From positions 785 to 64,784 of the forward strand of contig JAIXSO010000066.1 of NCBI GenBank assembly GCA_027484685.1: a DNA stretch of 64,000 nt. Reading direction: 5' to 3'. Positions within the stretch are counted from its first letter, which is position 1, and every line of letters starts with the position of its first letter. Position numbers and translations under genes: made by a program. The stretch comes from Bacteroidota bacterium. Its GTDB lineage: Bacteria; Bacteroidota; Bacteroidia; UKL13-3. This document shows, in pieces, positions 28,312-37,484 of this stretch. The notes below the pieces were generated by a model. That model was not told where the DNA came from and ran no database searches. It saw only the letters and a program-made list of their open reading frames with translations.

Positions 28312-28797
28312 TTACATAGGTTCTACTAAAAACAATGGTTGATCGTACTCTACTGGAGAAGCATTTTCAACTAATATTTTTACTATTTTACCAGAAACTT
28401 CTGATTCAATTTCGTTAAATAATTTCATTGCTTCAACTATACACAAAACTTGACCAACTTTAATTTCATCACCAACATTTACAAAAGGTGGCTTATCAGG
28501 ACTAGGAGTTTTGTAATAAGTTCCAATCATTGGCGATTTGATAGTAATTAAATTACTAGCCGCAGGAGCGGGAGCCGAAGTAACTGCGGGTGTGTGCAAT
28601 GTATTTACAGGTGCTGTTGCAACTGGCGCAGCAGGAGCAATTGCTTGAACCACAGGAGCGGCTGCTTGTTGAATAATGGTAGTTTTTTCTTCTACTTTTT
28701 TAATAGAAACTTTAAAATCACCACGTTCTACCTCTACTTCCGATACGCCACTTTCTGAAACTAATTTGATTAGTTCTTTTATTTCTTTTAATTCCAT
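28312..28797 (-). CDS. accB: Acetyl-CoA carboxylase biotin carboxyl carrier protein
   Basis: 161 aa. Ala/Pro-rich linker. C-terminal biotinyl domain with EAMKLFNEI (the biotinyl-lysine motif). Confidence 0.95.
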   Translation of the reverse strand: MELKEIKELIKLVSESGVSEVEVERGDFKVSIKKVEEKTTIIQQAAAPVVQAIAPAAPVATAPVNTLHTPAVTSAPAPAASNLITIKSPMIGTYYKTPSPDKPPFVNVGDEIKVGQVLCIVEAMKLFNEIESEVSGKIVKILVENASPVEYDQPLFLVEPM

Positions 28798-28903
28798 GTT
28801 CTTCTTTTTTATTTCTAATTGTAAAACTATTTTTTAAAATGTAAATATCAATATTTTTTACAAAATACTTATATAATTATTTAATAATGAGCACAATATT
28901 ATA

Positions 28904-29890
28904 TTAGTAAGCCCACTTTAAATAAATAGCCCCCCAAGTAAAACCACCACCAAAGGCAGCTAATACCAAATTATCACCTTTTTTCAATTTGTTTTCCCAT
29001 TCCCAAAGTAACAAAGGCAATGTTCCACTTGTGGTATTACCAAAATGATCGATGTTAATCATTACTTTTTCTTTAGCAAGGCCCATTCTGTTCGCAGTAG
29101 CATCTATAATTCGTAAATTAGCTTGATGTGGAACCAACCAAGCTACATCATCGGCAGTTAAGTGATTACGTTCCATAATTTCGGCACTTACATCGGCCAT
29201 TCCTTTAACTGCAAATTTAAAAACTGTTTGCCCTTCTTGATACACAAAATGTTCGCGAGCATCAACAGTTTCATGGCTTGCAGGCTTAATGCTTCCGCCA
29301 GCTTTTTGGTGTAAAAAATGACGACCTGATCCATCCACTTTTAAAACCGAATCAATTAAGCCTAAGCCTTCTTCGTTAGGTTCTAACAATACACATCCAC
29401 ATCCATCACCAAAAATTACACAAGTATTTCTTTCGGTATAATCAATAATTGACGACATTTTATCGCCACCAACTACTAATACTTTTTTATAAGCACCGCT
29501 TTGTATAATACGGCTTCCAGTTTCTAAACCAAATAAAAATCCTGAACAAGCAGCTCCTAAATCGTATCCAAAAGCATTGGTAGCACCAATTTTATCGGCC
29601 AATATACAAGCTGACGAAGGAAAAACCATATCAGGGGTTACAGTACAAAAAATGATTAAATCAATTTCTGCAGCTGTTATTCCTCGTTTTTGTAATAAAC
29701 CATTAACCGCTTCTACGGCCATATCTGATGTGCCTAAACCATCAGCCAAAATTCTTCTTTCTTTAATTCCTGTTCTGCTTACAATCCATTCATCGTTGGT
29801 ATCAACCATTTTTTCCAAATCTTTGTTGGTTAAAACTCTAGGTGGTACGTAACCATTAACGGCTGTAATTGCTGCGGTAATTTTTGTCAT
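28904..29890 (-). CDS. fabH: 3-oxoacyl-ACP synthase III
   Basis: 328 aa. Active-site Cys in AACSGFLFG, and His/Asn in HQANLRI and GNTTSGTLP. Confidence 0.95.
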   Translation of the reverse strand: MTKITAAITAVNGYVPPRVLTNKDLEKMVDTNDEWIVSRTGIKERRILADGLGTSDMAVEAVNGLLQKRGITAAEIDLIIFCTVTPDMVFPSSACILADKIGATNAFGYDLGAACSGFLFGLETGSRIIQSGAYKKVLVVGGDKMSSIIDYTERNTCVIFGDGCGCVLLEPNEEGLGLIDSVLKVDGSGRHFLHQKAGGSIKPASHETVDAREHFVYQEGQTVFKFAVKGMADVSAEIMERNHLTADDVAWLVPHQANLRIIDATANRMGLAKEKVMINIDHFGNTTSGTLPLLLWEWENKLKKGDNLVLAAFGGGFTWGAIYLKWAY

Positions 29891-29994
29891 TGAATAATAT
29901 TTTTTGCTAAAATAAACTTTATATTCATTTTTTAGAATAAAATTTATTTAACCTATTTATAAAAAAACACCCCTTTTCAGGGGCGATTTTAATT

Positions 29995-30951
29995 TTATTG
30001 AATTGGAACTAAGTTTTTAAACTGTTCACGAATAATATTGCATAAGTCAGATTTTACCACATCACGCGCTGTAAAAATCATATTTTTAAATGCTTTTGCA
30101 TTAGAAATTCCATGACCAATGATAACCGGTGCATTAACTCCTAAAATTGGAGTTCCACCATAATTTTCATAATCAAATCTATCTAAAAAGGCATCTTGGA
30201 TACCTCGTTTTTTCATCACATAATAAAATGATTCGTAAGCTTTTAAGGTTACATTTCCAGTAAAACCTTCACAAACTATCACATCCGATTTATCAGTTAA
30301 CAAATCTCTACCTTCTACATTTCCTACAAAGTGAAAAGCGTTTGACTCTTCCATTAATTGGTGGGCAGAAATGGTAACTAGATTACCTTTTTCTTTTTCT
30401 TCGCCAATGCTTAATAAACCAATACGTGGATCAGAGTAGCCATGAACGTGTTTCATCATTAAACTACCTAATACTGCAAACTGGTACAATACGTCTGGCT
30501 TGCAATCGGCATTGGCACCTACATCTAACAATAATCCAAATTTGCCATTTGGTTTAGGAATAGTGGCTGTAATTGTTGGGCGTATAACACCTTCAATTGG
30601 CTTTACGGTAAACATTGAACCAACTAACATGGCACCAGTATTACCAGCACTCACAAAAGCATCAACTTGTTTACTTGCTAAAAGCTTAAAACCAACAGAA
30701 ATACTTGAATCCTTTTTTTGAGAAATTGCTTTGGTGGGGTGTTCTCCCATTCCAATAACTTCAGTAGTATGCACAAATTCAAACCTTGAATCGCTCACAC
30801 CTTGAGATTGCAATAACTTTTCGGCCTGCTCTTTATCGCCAATTAGCACTATGGTATCATCAGCACCAAGCTCTGCTAAAGCTAAGATAGCGCCTAAAAT
30901 AGCTTCTTTGGGCGCAAAATCGCCACCCATAATATCAAAACCAATTTTCAT
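29995..30951 (-). CDS. plsX: Phosphate acyltransferase
   Basis: 318 aa, PlsX family (MKIGFDIMGGDFAP, HGYSDPRIGLLSIGEE). Conserved plsX-fabH arrangement. Confidence 0.95.
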   Translation of the reverse strand: MKIGFDIMGGDFAPKEAILGAILALAELGADDTIVLIGDKEQAEKLLQSQGVSDSRFEFVHTTEVIGMGEHPTKAISQKKDSSISVGFKLLASKQVDAFVSAGNTGAMLVGSMFTVKPIEGVIRPTITATIPKPNGKFGLLLDVGANADCKPDVLYQFAVLGSLMMKHVHGYSDPRIGLLSIGEEKEKGNLVTISAHQLMEESNAFHFVGNVEGRDLLTDKSDVIVCEGFTGNVTLKAYESFYYVMKKRGIQDAFLDRFDYENYGGTPILGVNAPVIIGHGISNAKAFKNMIFTARDVVKSDLCNIIREQFKNLVPIQ

Positions 30952-31043
30952 TTGCTTGTTGTTTGGGGTTAATTTAAAAAACGAAAAACGAAAACGCTTT
31001 AAAAAAGCACTTTCGTTTTTAGTATTTGATTTAAGCTAAGTGC

Positions 31044-31229
31044 TTAAACATCTGATTTCATATCAGGGAAAACATGTTTTCCGCGGTAGAAACCATCAGC
31101 AGTAACGCGGTGGCGCATGTGAACTTCACCCGATGTTGAATCGATTGACAATGTTGGAACAGCACCTTTATAATGTGTTCTGCGCTTATCGCGTCTTGCT
31201 TTTGAGATTTTTCGTTTAGGATTTGGCAT
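31044..31229 (-). CDS. rpmF: 50S ribosomal protein L32
   Basis: 61 aa, MPNPKRKISKARRDKRRTHYK. Conserved position upstream of plsX. Confidence 0.95.
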   Translation of the reverse strand: MPNPKRKISKARRDKRRTHYKGAVPTLSIDSTSGEVHMRHRVTADGFYRGKHVFPDMKSDV

Positions 31230-31250
31230 TTTACTTCTCTCCTCGTGTTA

Positions 31251-31781
31251 TCAGTTTTTGTTGTAAAAATTTTTTAATGCATCCCAGCGTGGGTCTGATT
31301 CAGGATTTTCATCTTCTTCCTCATCGCCTTCATCGGTTTTTATTTTGTCAATGAATGCTTGGTTGTGTTCTTTATCGGCATCCTCACAACTAATTTTGGT
31401 TGGAATAGCTAATAAAAAATAATCATATATAAATTGCTTAAAATCAAACTCATGTAAGCCTTTTGGTAAATAAATGATTTCATCGTCATTTAAATTTTCA
31501 GGCCCATCAATTAATTTTATCAATAAATAATACGTTTTATCTAAAGGTAAATCAAATTCATCTAAGCAAGTATCGCAAGTAGTAAATACGCTGCCAGTAA
31601 TTGTAAACTGCATTTCGTACATACTTTCTTTTTTATCAAGCATAACCTCACATTGCGCGTTTGCGCTCACAAAAGGCTTATCTGTAACTTCATCGTACAA
31701 ATCGGCACCAATTGGAAACGTAAATTCGTTTTTTCCAAAACGGAGTTTATTGAACTCAACTATGTATGTTTTTGTTTTCAA
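31251..31781 (-). CDS. YceD/DUF177 family protein
   Basis: 176 aa with the C-terminal CxxC pair (CDTCLDEF...) typical of YceD. Conserved yceD-rpmF-plsX-fabH synteny. Apparent TTG start. Confidence 0.8.
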   Translation of the reverse strand: MKTKTYIVEFNKLRFGKNEFTFPIGADLYDEVTDKPFVSANAQCEVMLDKKESMYEMQFTITGSVFTTCDTCLDEFDLPLDKTYYLLIKLIDGPENLNDDEIIYLPKGLHEFDFKQFIYDYFLLAIPTKISCEDADKEHNQAFIDKIKTDEGDEEEDENPESDPRWDALKNFYNKN

Positions 31782-32127
31782 CCTTAAAATAAAGCCTACA
31801 AATGTAATTTTTTGTGAATAAAATATTAGCTTTTTTTTTAAAAAATATAAAAAAAAGTAGTTATTGAGCCCGTTTTCAGAATTAGCACCTGATTTTCATA
31901 TAATTACAGAAACATCTTTATTTGCTTACAAATTTAGTTTGTACTAAGCCATACTATAAAATTAACAACATATTCAAAATATTAAAACCTTAAAACTACC
32001 CCGTACTAAAAGCAAACTATATTTTATTACCAAATTTTTATAATTAACCAAATGTATAACAACTAAAACACCTATTAAAACATTACTTTTGAAAACTATT
32101 TCAAACCCCTTTTGTTTTAAGCATTAA

Positions 32128-34341
32128 ATGAAACATAATCACCAAATTGTTAGATTAATTGAAGAGTTTTCAAAAGCATCTAACCATATTATTGACCACG
32201 TAGAATTACAAAAAGCGAAAGCTAGATACCAGCAAAACCTGTCGAATAATTTCGATACTTTTTTTGAGCAATTAATCAATATTGGAACTTTTGCAAAATA
32301 TGCCTTTGAAATAAGAACGGCAACTAAAGCTGATTTGGAAGCATTTTTAACTAAAAACACTTTCCCGATAATTTATTTTAAAAAAAATCAGCAAGTATTA
32401 ACTCCAGTTTTACTAAAGCATTTTCAAACTGAAAGTTACCAAACAATAGCTTTTGAAGATGATAAAGAACAAAGCACCAATTACAAAAACATTGCCGATA
32501 TAGGCAACGATGCAAAAACCATTAATCAATTGGTTTTAGAGAACAATTATATAAACCATGATGGAGAAAATGAACATATTTTATTTATTACAGGTTTTCA
32601 TATTAGTTCAATGCTTAACTTAGAGCATAAAAAAGACCTGACTCCATTTCAACGATTTGTGAGTTTACTAAAAGCTGAAAAGCGCGATATTAAATACATT
32701 TATTTCTTTGCTATATTAATAGCTATAATTAATTTAGCATTGCCGCTCGGAGTGCAGGCCATAGTTGGTTTAATATCTGGTGGTTTATTATTAGAATCGG
32801 TTGTTATATTAATAGCCTTAGTTATTGCGGCTACTGGTCTTTCGGGTTATTTGCAAATTCAACAATTAAAAATGGTAGAAATACTCCAACAGCGGGTATT
32901 TGCCAATGTAACTTTTGAATTTGCATGGCGATTGCCTCGCATAAAAATTGAAAGTTTGCTTAAGCATTATACACCTGAAATGGTAAACAGATTTTTTGAT
33001 GTGTTAAATGTTCAAAAATCTTTACCTAAAATTTTGATTGATTTAACTGCTGCTTTAATTCAAATTTTGTTTGGCTTATTACTTTTGTCACTTTATCATC
33101 CTGTATTCATTGGTTTTGGCCTTTTTATTTTAGTAATCATCCTAATTATATTTTACACCACAGGGAAAAAAGCCCTTGAAACCAGTATTTACGAATCGAA
33201 ATACAAGTACAAAGTGGCTTATTGGTTACAAGAAATTGGCAGGAGCATTACCTCATTTAAACTAGCGGGAAACTCAAATTTACCCATACAAAAGGCTGAC
33301 AACTTATTGGCTAATTATTTAAAATACAGAAATAAACATTTTGCTATTTTGGTAAAACAATATGCAGCAATTGTTTCGTTTAAAACATTAATTACAGCTT
33401 CTTTATTAATTTTGGGTAGTTTTTTGGTGGTAAATAGGCAAATAAACCTAGGTCAGTTTGTAGCTGCTGAATTAATTATAGTTTTAATTATTAATTCTGT
33501 AGAAAAATTAATTTCAACACTAGAAGTAGCTTATGATTTATTAACGGCTTTAGATAAAATAGGCCATGTAACCGATTTAGAGACTGAAAGCAATGCAGGA
33601 CGTGAATTATACGACATAGGAATAGAAGAAAAACTTTTGTTAAAAACTACTAACCTAAGTTTTAAATACCCAAGTAGTAAAAAAAGCACCTTAACCAATG
33701 TAAATTTTGAAATTGGAAAAGGCGAAAGAATTGCTATAACTGGCCACAACGATAGTGGAAAAACAACTTTTATTAAAACCTTATCGGGCTTGTATTGCAA
33801 CTTTGAAGGATCGTTTACCTTAAATGGTGTTTCATTACGTGAGTTAAATATTGATTCTTATAGAGGCATTGTTGGTGATAATTTATCGCAAGATGATGTG
33901 TTTGAAGGCACTATTGAGGAGAATATTGTAATGGGACGTGCTGGAATTTCTTTTAAAGATGTAATGAATGCAGTTGAAAAATCGTGTTTAACAGAGTTTT
34001 TAGCACAATTAGAAGATGGATTGCAAAGCAATGTAAATCCAGGTGGAACTAATTTTCCTAAAAGTGTTATTCAGAAAATATTATTGGCACGCAGTTTTGT
34101 GCAAAAACCAAAGCTATTAATTATTGACGACTTTTTTTATAATATGAACCAAAAAGAAAGCTTGACTTTGGTAAACAATATTTTTGAAAATCCTGATTGG
34201 GCAATAATTATTGTTTCATCGCAAATAGGTATTTTGCAAAAATGCAACCGTGTTTATTTAATGCAAAATGGTACATTTACTCAAAACGATACTTATCAAA
34301 ACTTGAGTCAAAATAACATGTTAAGCCCGTTTATCAATTAA
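32128..34341 (+). CDS. ABC exporter (N-terminal C39-like domain without catalytic Cys, then TMD, then NBD) with degenerate ATPase motifs
   Basis: 737 aa. An N-terminal ~170-aa cytoplasmic domain, a 6-TM exporter domain, then an NBD. Walker A is present (GHNDSGKTT). The signature is NPGGT instead of LSGGQ. Walker B is LLIIDD-F, so the catalytic Glu is replaced. The D-loop and the H-loop His are not conserved. Confidence 0.85.
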   Translation: MKHNHQIVRLIEEFSKASNHIIDHVELQKAKARYQQNLSNNFDTFFEQLINIGTFAKYAFEIRTATKADLEAFLTKNTFPIIYFKKNQQVLTPVLLKHFQTESYQTIAFEDDKEQSTNYKNIADIGNDAKTINQLVLENNYINHDGENEHILFITGFHISSMLNLEHKKDLTPFQRFVSLLKAEKRDIKYIYFFAILIAIINLALPLGVQAIVGLISGGLLLESVVILIALVIAATGLSGYLQIQQLKMVEILQQRVFANVTFEFAWRLPRIKIESLLKHYTPEMVNRFFDVLNVQKSLPKILIDLTAALIQILFGLLLLSLYHPVFIGFGLFILVIILIIFYTTGKKALETSIYESKYKYKVAYWLQEIGRSITSFKLAGNSNLPIQKADNLLANYLKYRNKHFAILVKQYAAIVSFKTLITASLLILGSFLVVNRQINLGQFVAAELIIVLIINSVEKLISTLEVAYDLLTALDKIGHVTDLETESNAGRELYDIGIEEKLLLKTTNLSFKYPSSKKSTLTNVNFEIGKGERIAITGHNDSGKTTFIKTLSGLYCNFEGSFTLNGVSLRELNIDSYRGIVGDNLSQDDVFEGTIEENIVMGRAGISFKDVMNAVEKSCLTEFLAQLEDGLQSNVNPGGTNFPKSVIQKILLARSFVQKPKLLIIDDFFYNMNQKESLTLVNNIFENPDWAIIIVSSQIGILQKCNRVYLMQNGTFTQNDTYQNLSQNNMLSPFIN

Positions 34342-34368
34342 TTATTCACCCCAATTTAAATTTAAACA

Positions 34369-35739
34369 ATGGACCAAAATCCTTATAACAATACCTTAAA
34401 AGAACTGAAAGGAAGTAATCTTTACACTGTTCAATTGGTAAATACACCTAAAAAATTTAAAACCATTAGAAACTGGCTCCTAGGAATTTTTTCGCTATTG
34501 TTTCTTTGTTTGTTTTTACCGTGGCAACAAAACATAAACGGAAAAGGAAAAGTTACGCCATTTGCACCCGAAGATAGACCACAAAATGTACCTTCAATTA
34601 TTGGTGGAAGAATTGAAAAATGGAAAGTAGTAGAAGGTCAATTTGTAAAAAAAGGAGATACTTTAGTAATTATTAGTGAGGTAAAAGAAAAGTTTTTTGA
34701 TCCTGAATTATTGGTAAGGACTCAAAAGCAAATTGCCAACAAAGAAGATGGACTAAAAGCTAAAAACCGAAAAATAGTTGCTTTAGAAAAACAAATAGAT
34801 GCACTTAAAAACAGTGTGGCCATTAAACTTAAAATGGCTAAAAACAAAGTTTTGCAAGCACAGTATGGTGTAAAAGCTGAAAAAGCCAATTTTGATGCTG
34901 CTAAAACCAACGAAGAACTTTCGCGTAACCAATTTGAGCGATTGAACGAGTTGTATAAAAAAGGTTTGGCATCGTTAACCGAAATTCAGAACAGAACCAA
35001 TAAAATGCAAGAGGCAAAATCGAAAGCTATAGAAAGTGAAAATAAATACGACAAGGCTCAAAATGAATTGATAAATGCCCGTATAGATTTAAACTTTATA
35101 GAGGCAGAATATTTAGATAAAATTTCGAAAGCTGAAAGTATTTTAGAAGAAACTGCAGGTGAACTTTTTGAAAGTCAAGCTGAACTTATAAAGTTAAGAA
35201 TTGAATACAGTAATTTACAATTAAGGAGTGGATTTTATGCCATTAAAGCTCCTCAAGATGGTTATTTAGTGCAAGTGTTAAAAGCAGGTATTGGCGAAAC
35301 CATAAAAGAAAATGAAAACTTAGCAACCATAGTTCCGGCTAATACCAAAACAGCCGTTGAAATGACCGTAAGAGCCTTAGATATGCCCCTTTTATATAAG
35401 GGCTGTAAGGTTCGTATCCAATTTGATGGGTGGCCCGCTTTGGTATTTAGTGGATGGCCAAGTGCAAGTGTTGGAACTTTTGGAGGCGTAGTGCAAGCCA
35501 TAGATAGAAATGCTGACGAAAAGGGTAATTTTAGAATTTTAGTTACACAAGATCCTAACGATGTGCCATGGCCTGAGCTAATACGTGCAGGTGGCGGAGT
35601 TTATGGTTGGGCTATGCTTAACAGTGTGCCTGTTTGGTATGAATTATGGCGCCAATTTAACGCTTTTCCGCCTAATTTTATGGACGAAGCAAATCAAATG
35701 AAAAAAGATGCAGATAACAAAACCAAGAAAGATAAATAG
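34369..35739 (+). CDS. HlyD-family membrane fusion (periplasmic adaptor) protein
   Basis: 456 aa. N-terminal TM anchor, long coiled-coil region, and beta-barrel/lipoyl-like C-terminal domains. It is immediately downstream of the ABC gene. Confidence 0.9.
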   Translation: MDQNPYNNTLKELKGSNLYTVQLVNTPKKFKTIRNWLLGIFSLLFLCLFLPWQQNINGKGKVTPFAPEDRPQNVPSIIGGRIEKWKVVEGQFVKKGDTLVIISEVKEKFFDPELLVRTQKQIANKEDGLKAKNRKIVALEKQIDALKNSVAIKLKMAKNKVLQAQYGVKAEKANFDAAKTNEELSRNQFERLNELYKKGLASLTEIQNRTNKMQEAKSKAIESENKYDKAQNELINARIDLNFIEAEYLDKISKAESILEETAGELFESQAELIKLRIEYSNLQLRSGFYAIKAPQDGYLVQVLKAGIGETIKENENLATIVPANTKTAVEMTVRALDMPLLYKGCKVRIQFDGWPALVFSGWPSASVGTFGGVVQAIDRNADEKGNFRILVTQDPNDVPWPELIRAGGGVYGWAMLNSVPVWYELWRQFNAFPPNFMDEANQMKKDADNKTKKDK

Positions 35740-35741
35740 CT

Positions 35742-37184
35742 ATGAAATTTAAATTGATTCCATTAGGCTTATTTCTTTGCATTTGCAATGCAATTTGGGC
35801 ACAAGATTCCTCTGTATTTTCATTTCAAGACTTTTACATACAAGTAACCAATTATCACCCAGTTTCAAAACAAGCAAACCTACTTTCTCAAAGCGCTAAA
35901 GCTGAATTGCTAGCAGCACGTGGAGCCTTTGACCCTGTAATTAGCACCACATACCAAAACAAAACTACTGATGGTAAAAACAGTTTCACTTATTTTGAAC
36001 CGCAAATAAAAATACCAACTTTAATTGGGGTAGATGTAAAAGCAGGATACGACCAAAGTGATGGAATAGCAGTAAGTAACGATAGAATAAAAATAATTGA
36101 AAATAATGGCCAATTTTCACCTCAATTTGGCGAATATGGAATGCTTTATGCAGGAGTTAATGTGCCTATTTTACGTGGTTTGCAAACTGATAGCCGCAGA
36201 GCTGTATTGCGCCAAGCACAGTATTTACAAGGACTGAATGAGGCCGAGCGTGTGAAAGTAATTAATAAATTACTTTTAAGTGCAGCCAAAGATTATTGGG
36301 AATGGCAATTGGCTTACGAAAAACTTAAATTGATGCAGCTTAGTTATAATTTAGCCGAAAACCGATTTAACTTTATAAGCAGCCGCATAAAAGGTGGCGA
36401 AGACAAACCTATTGATAGTGTAGAAGCTTTGATTGAATTAAAACGCAGAGAAACGCTTTTATTAGAAACAGAAGTTGAATTTAAAAATGTTAGTTTAAGC
36501 ATAAGCAATTATTTATGGAGTAACAAAAATGAACCTTTACAATTAAAAGCAACCGTTTATCCTTCGGCAATCGGAACTGAACTAAAAAAGATAAGTAGTG
36601 ACTCATTGCAACGCATGGTTAACTATACCGAAGGTAATCATCCTGAATTGATGAAATTGCAGTTTAAAAACAAGCAATTACAAATTGATAGAAAATTAGC
36701 TATTGAAAACATAAAGCCTCAACTTAATATTGAATATTATCCTTTTCAAACCTACAGCAAAGGCACTCAAAACGATGTAAACAATATTTTTAACCGACAG
36801 TATAAATTTGGTGCAAGTTTTTACAGTAGTTTGTTTTTACGTAAAGAAAGAGGAAAACTACAACAAGCCAATTTAAAACTAAAAAATATTGATTTTGAAA
36901 CTCAATTAACCAAACGTGAATTGGTAAACGAGGTTTTTGCTAACTACAACAATCTTTTAAACTTAGAACAGCTTATAGGTATTCAGGAAGTTTTGGTTAA
37001 AAATGCTTCCACACTGCGCGATGCAGAACAAACTAGATTTGAAAATGGAGAAAGTTCACTTTTTTTAGTGAATACCCGCGAACGTAGCTTAATTGATGCC
37101 CAAATAAAACAAGCTGAAATTAAAAGCAAATACGCCAAAGCCAAGGTTCAACTGCAATGGGCTAGCGGAATTAGGCTCTTTTAA
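35742..37184 (+). CDS. TolC-family outer membrane efflux protein
   Basis: 480 aa. Signal peptide and two tandem repeats of the TolC alpha-helical/beta-barrel architecture. It completes the ABC-MFP-OMF tripartite set. Confidence 0.85.
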   Translation: MKFKLIPLGLFLCICNAIWAQDSSVFSFQDFYIQVTNYHPVSKQANLLSQSAKAELLAARGAFDPVISTTYQNKTTDGKNSFTYFEPQIKIPTLIGVDVKAGYDQSDGIAVSNDRIKIIENNGQFSPQFGEYGMLYAGVNVPILRGLQTDSRRAVLRQAQYLQGLNEAERVKVINKLLLSAAKDYWEWQLAYEKLKLMQLSYNLAENRFNFISSRIKGGEDKPIDSVEALIELKRRETLLLETEVEFKNVSLSISNYLWSNKNEPLQLKATVYPSAIGTELKKISSDSLQRMVNYTEGNHPELMKLQFKNKQLQIDRKLAIENIKPQLNIEYYPFQTYSKGTQNDVNNIFNRQYKFGASFYSSLFLRKERGKLQQANLKLKNIDFETQLTKRELVNEVFANYNNLLNLEQLIGIQEVLVKNASTLRDAEQTRFENGESSLFLVNTRERSLIDAQIKQAEIKSKYAKAKVQLQWASGIRLF

Positions 37185-37467
37185 AGCGATAGTATAAGCT
37201 AAAAATAAGCGCAGTTACTAAATTAAAAAACAGTCCATCTGCAATTAGTGAATAAACAAACCAATTGGTGTTTGGAAACGAATTGCCACCAACCCAAAAT
37301 TGCTGATAATAAGTAAATGGAAAACCAATTTTTAGCAGATAGTATTCATCTTTACTAAAATGATGAAATGGATTGGTATAAGCTAAAAATTGAATAAATG
37401 AGGTGCTTAAAAACAATAAACCAGCAATTGTTGATACACAAAATGCTGGTTTAAAAAATAATTTCAT
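37171..37467 (-). CDS. Small hypothetical membrane protein (98 aa)
   Basis: Three predicted TM segments. It converges on and overlaps the TolC stop by 14 bp. No family recognised. Confidence 0.35.
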   Translation of the reverse strand: MKLFFKPAFCVSTIAGLLFLSTSFIQFLAYTNPFHHFSKDEYYLLKIGFPFTYYQQFWVGGNSFPNTNWFVYSLIADGLFFNLVTALIFSLYYRFKRA

Positions 37468-37484
37468 AAATAAATTAATGCAAC

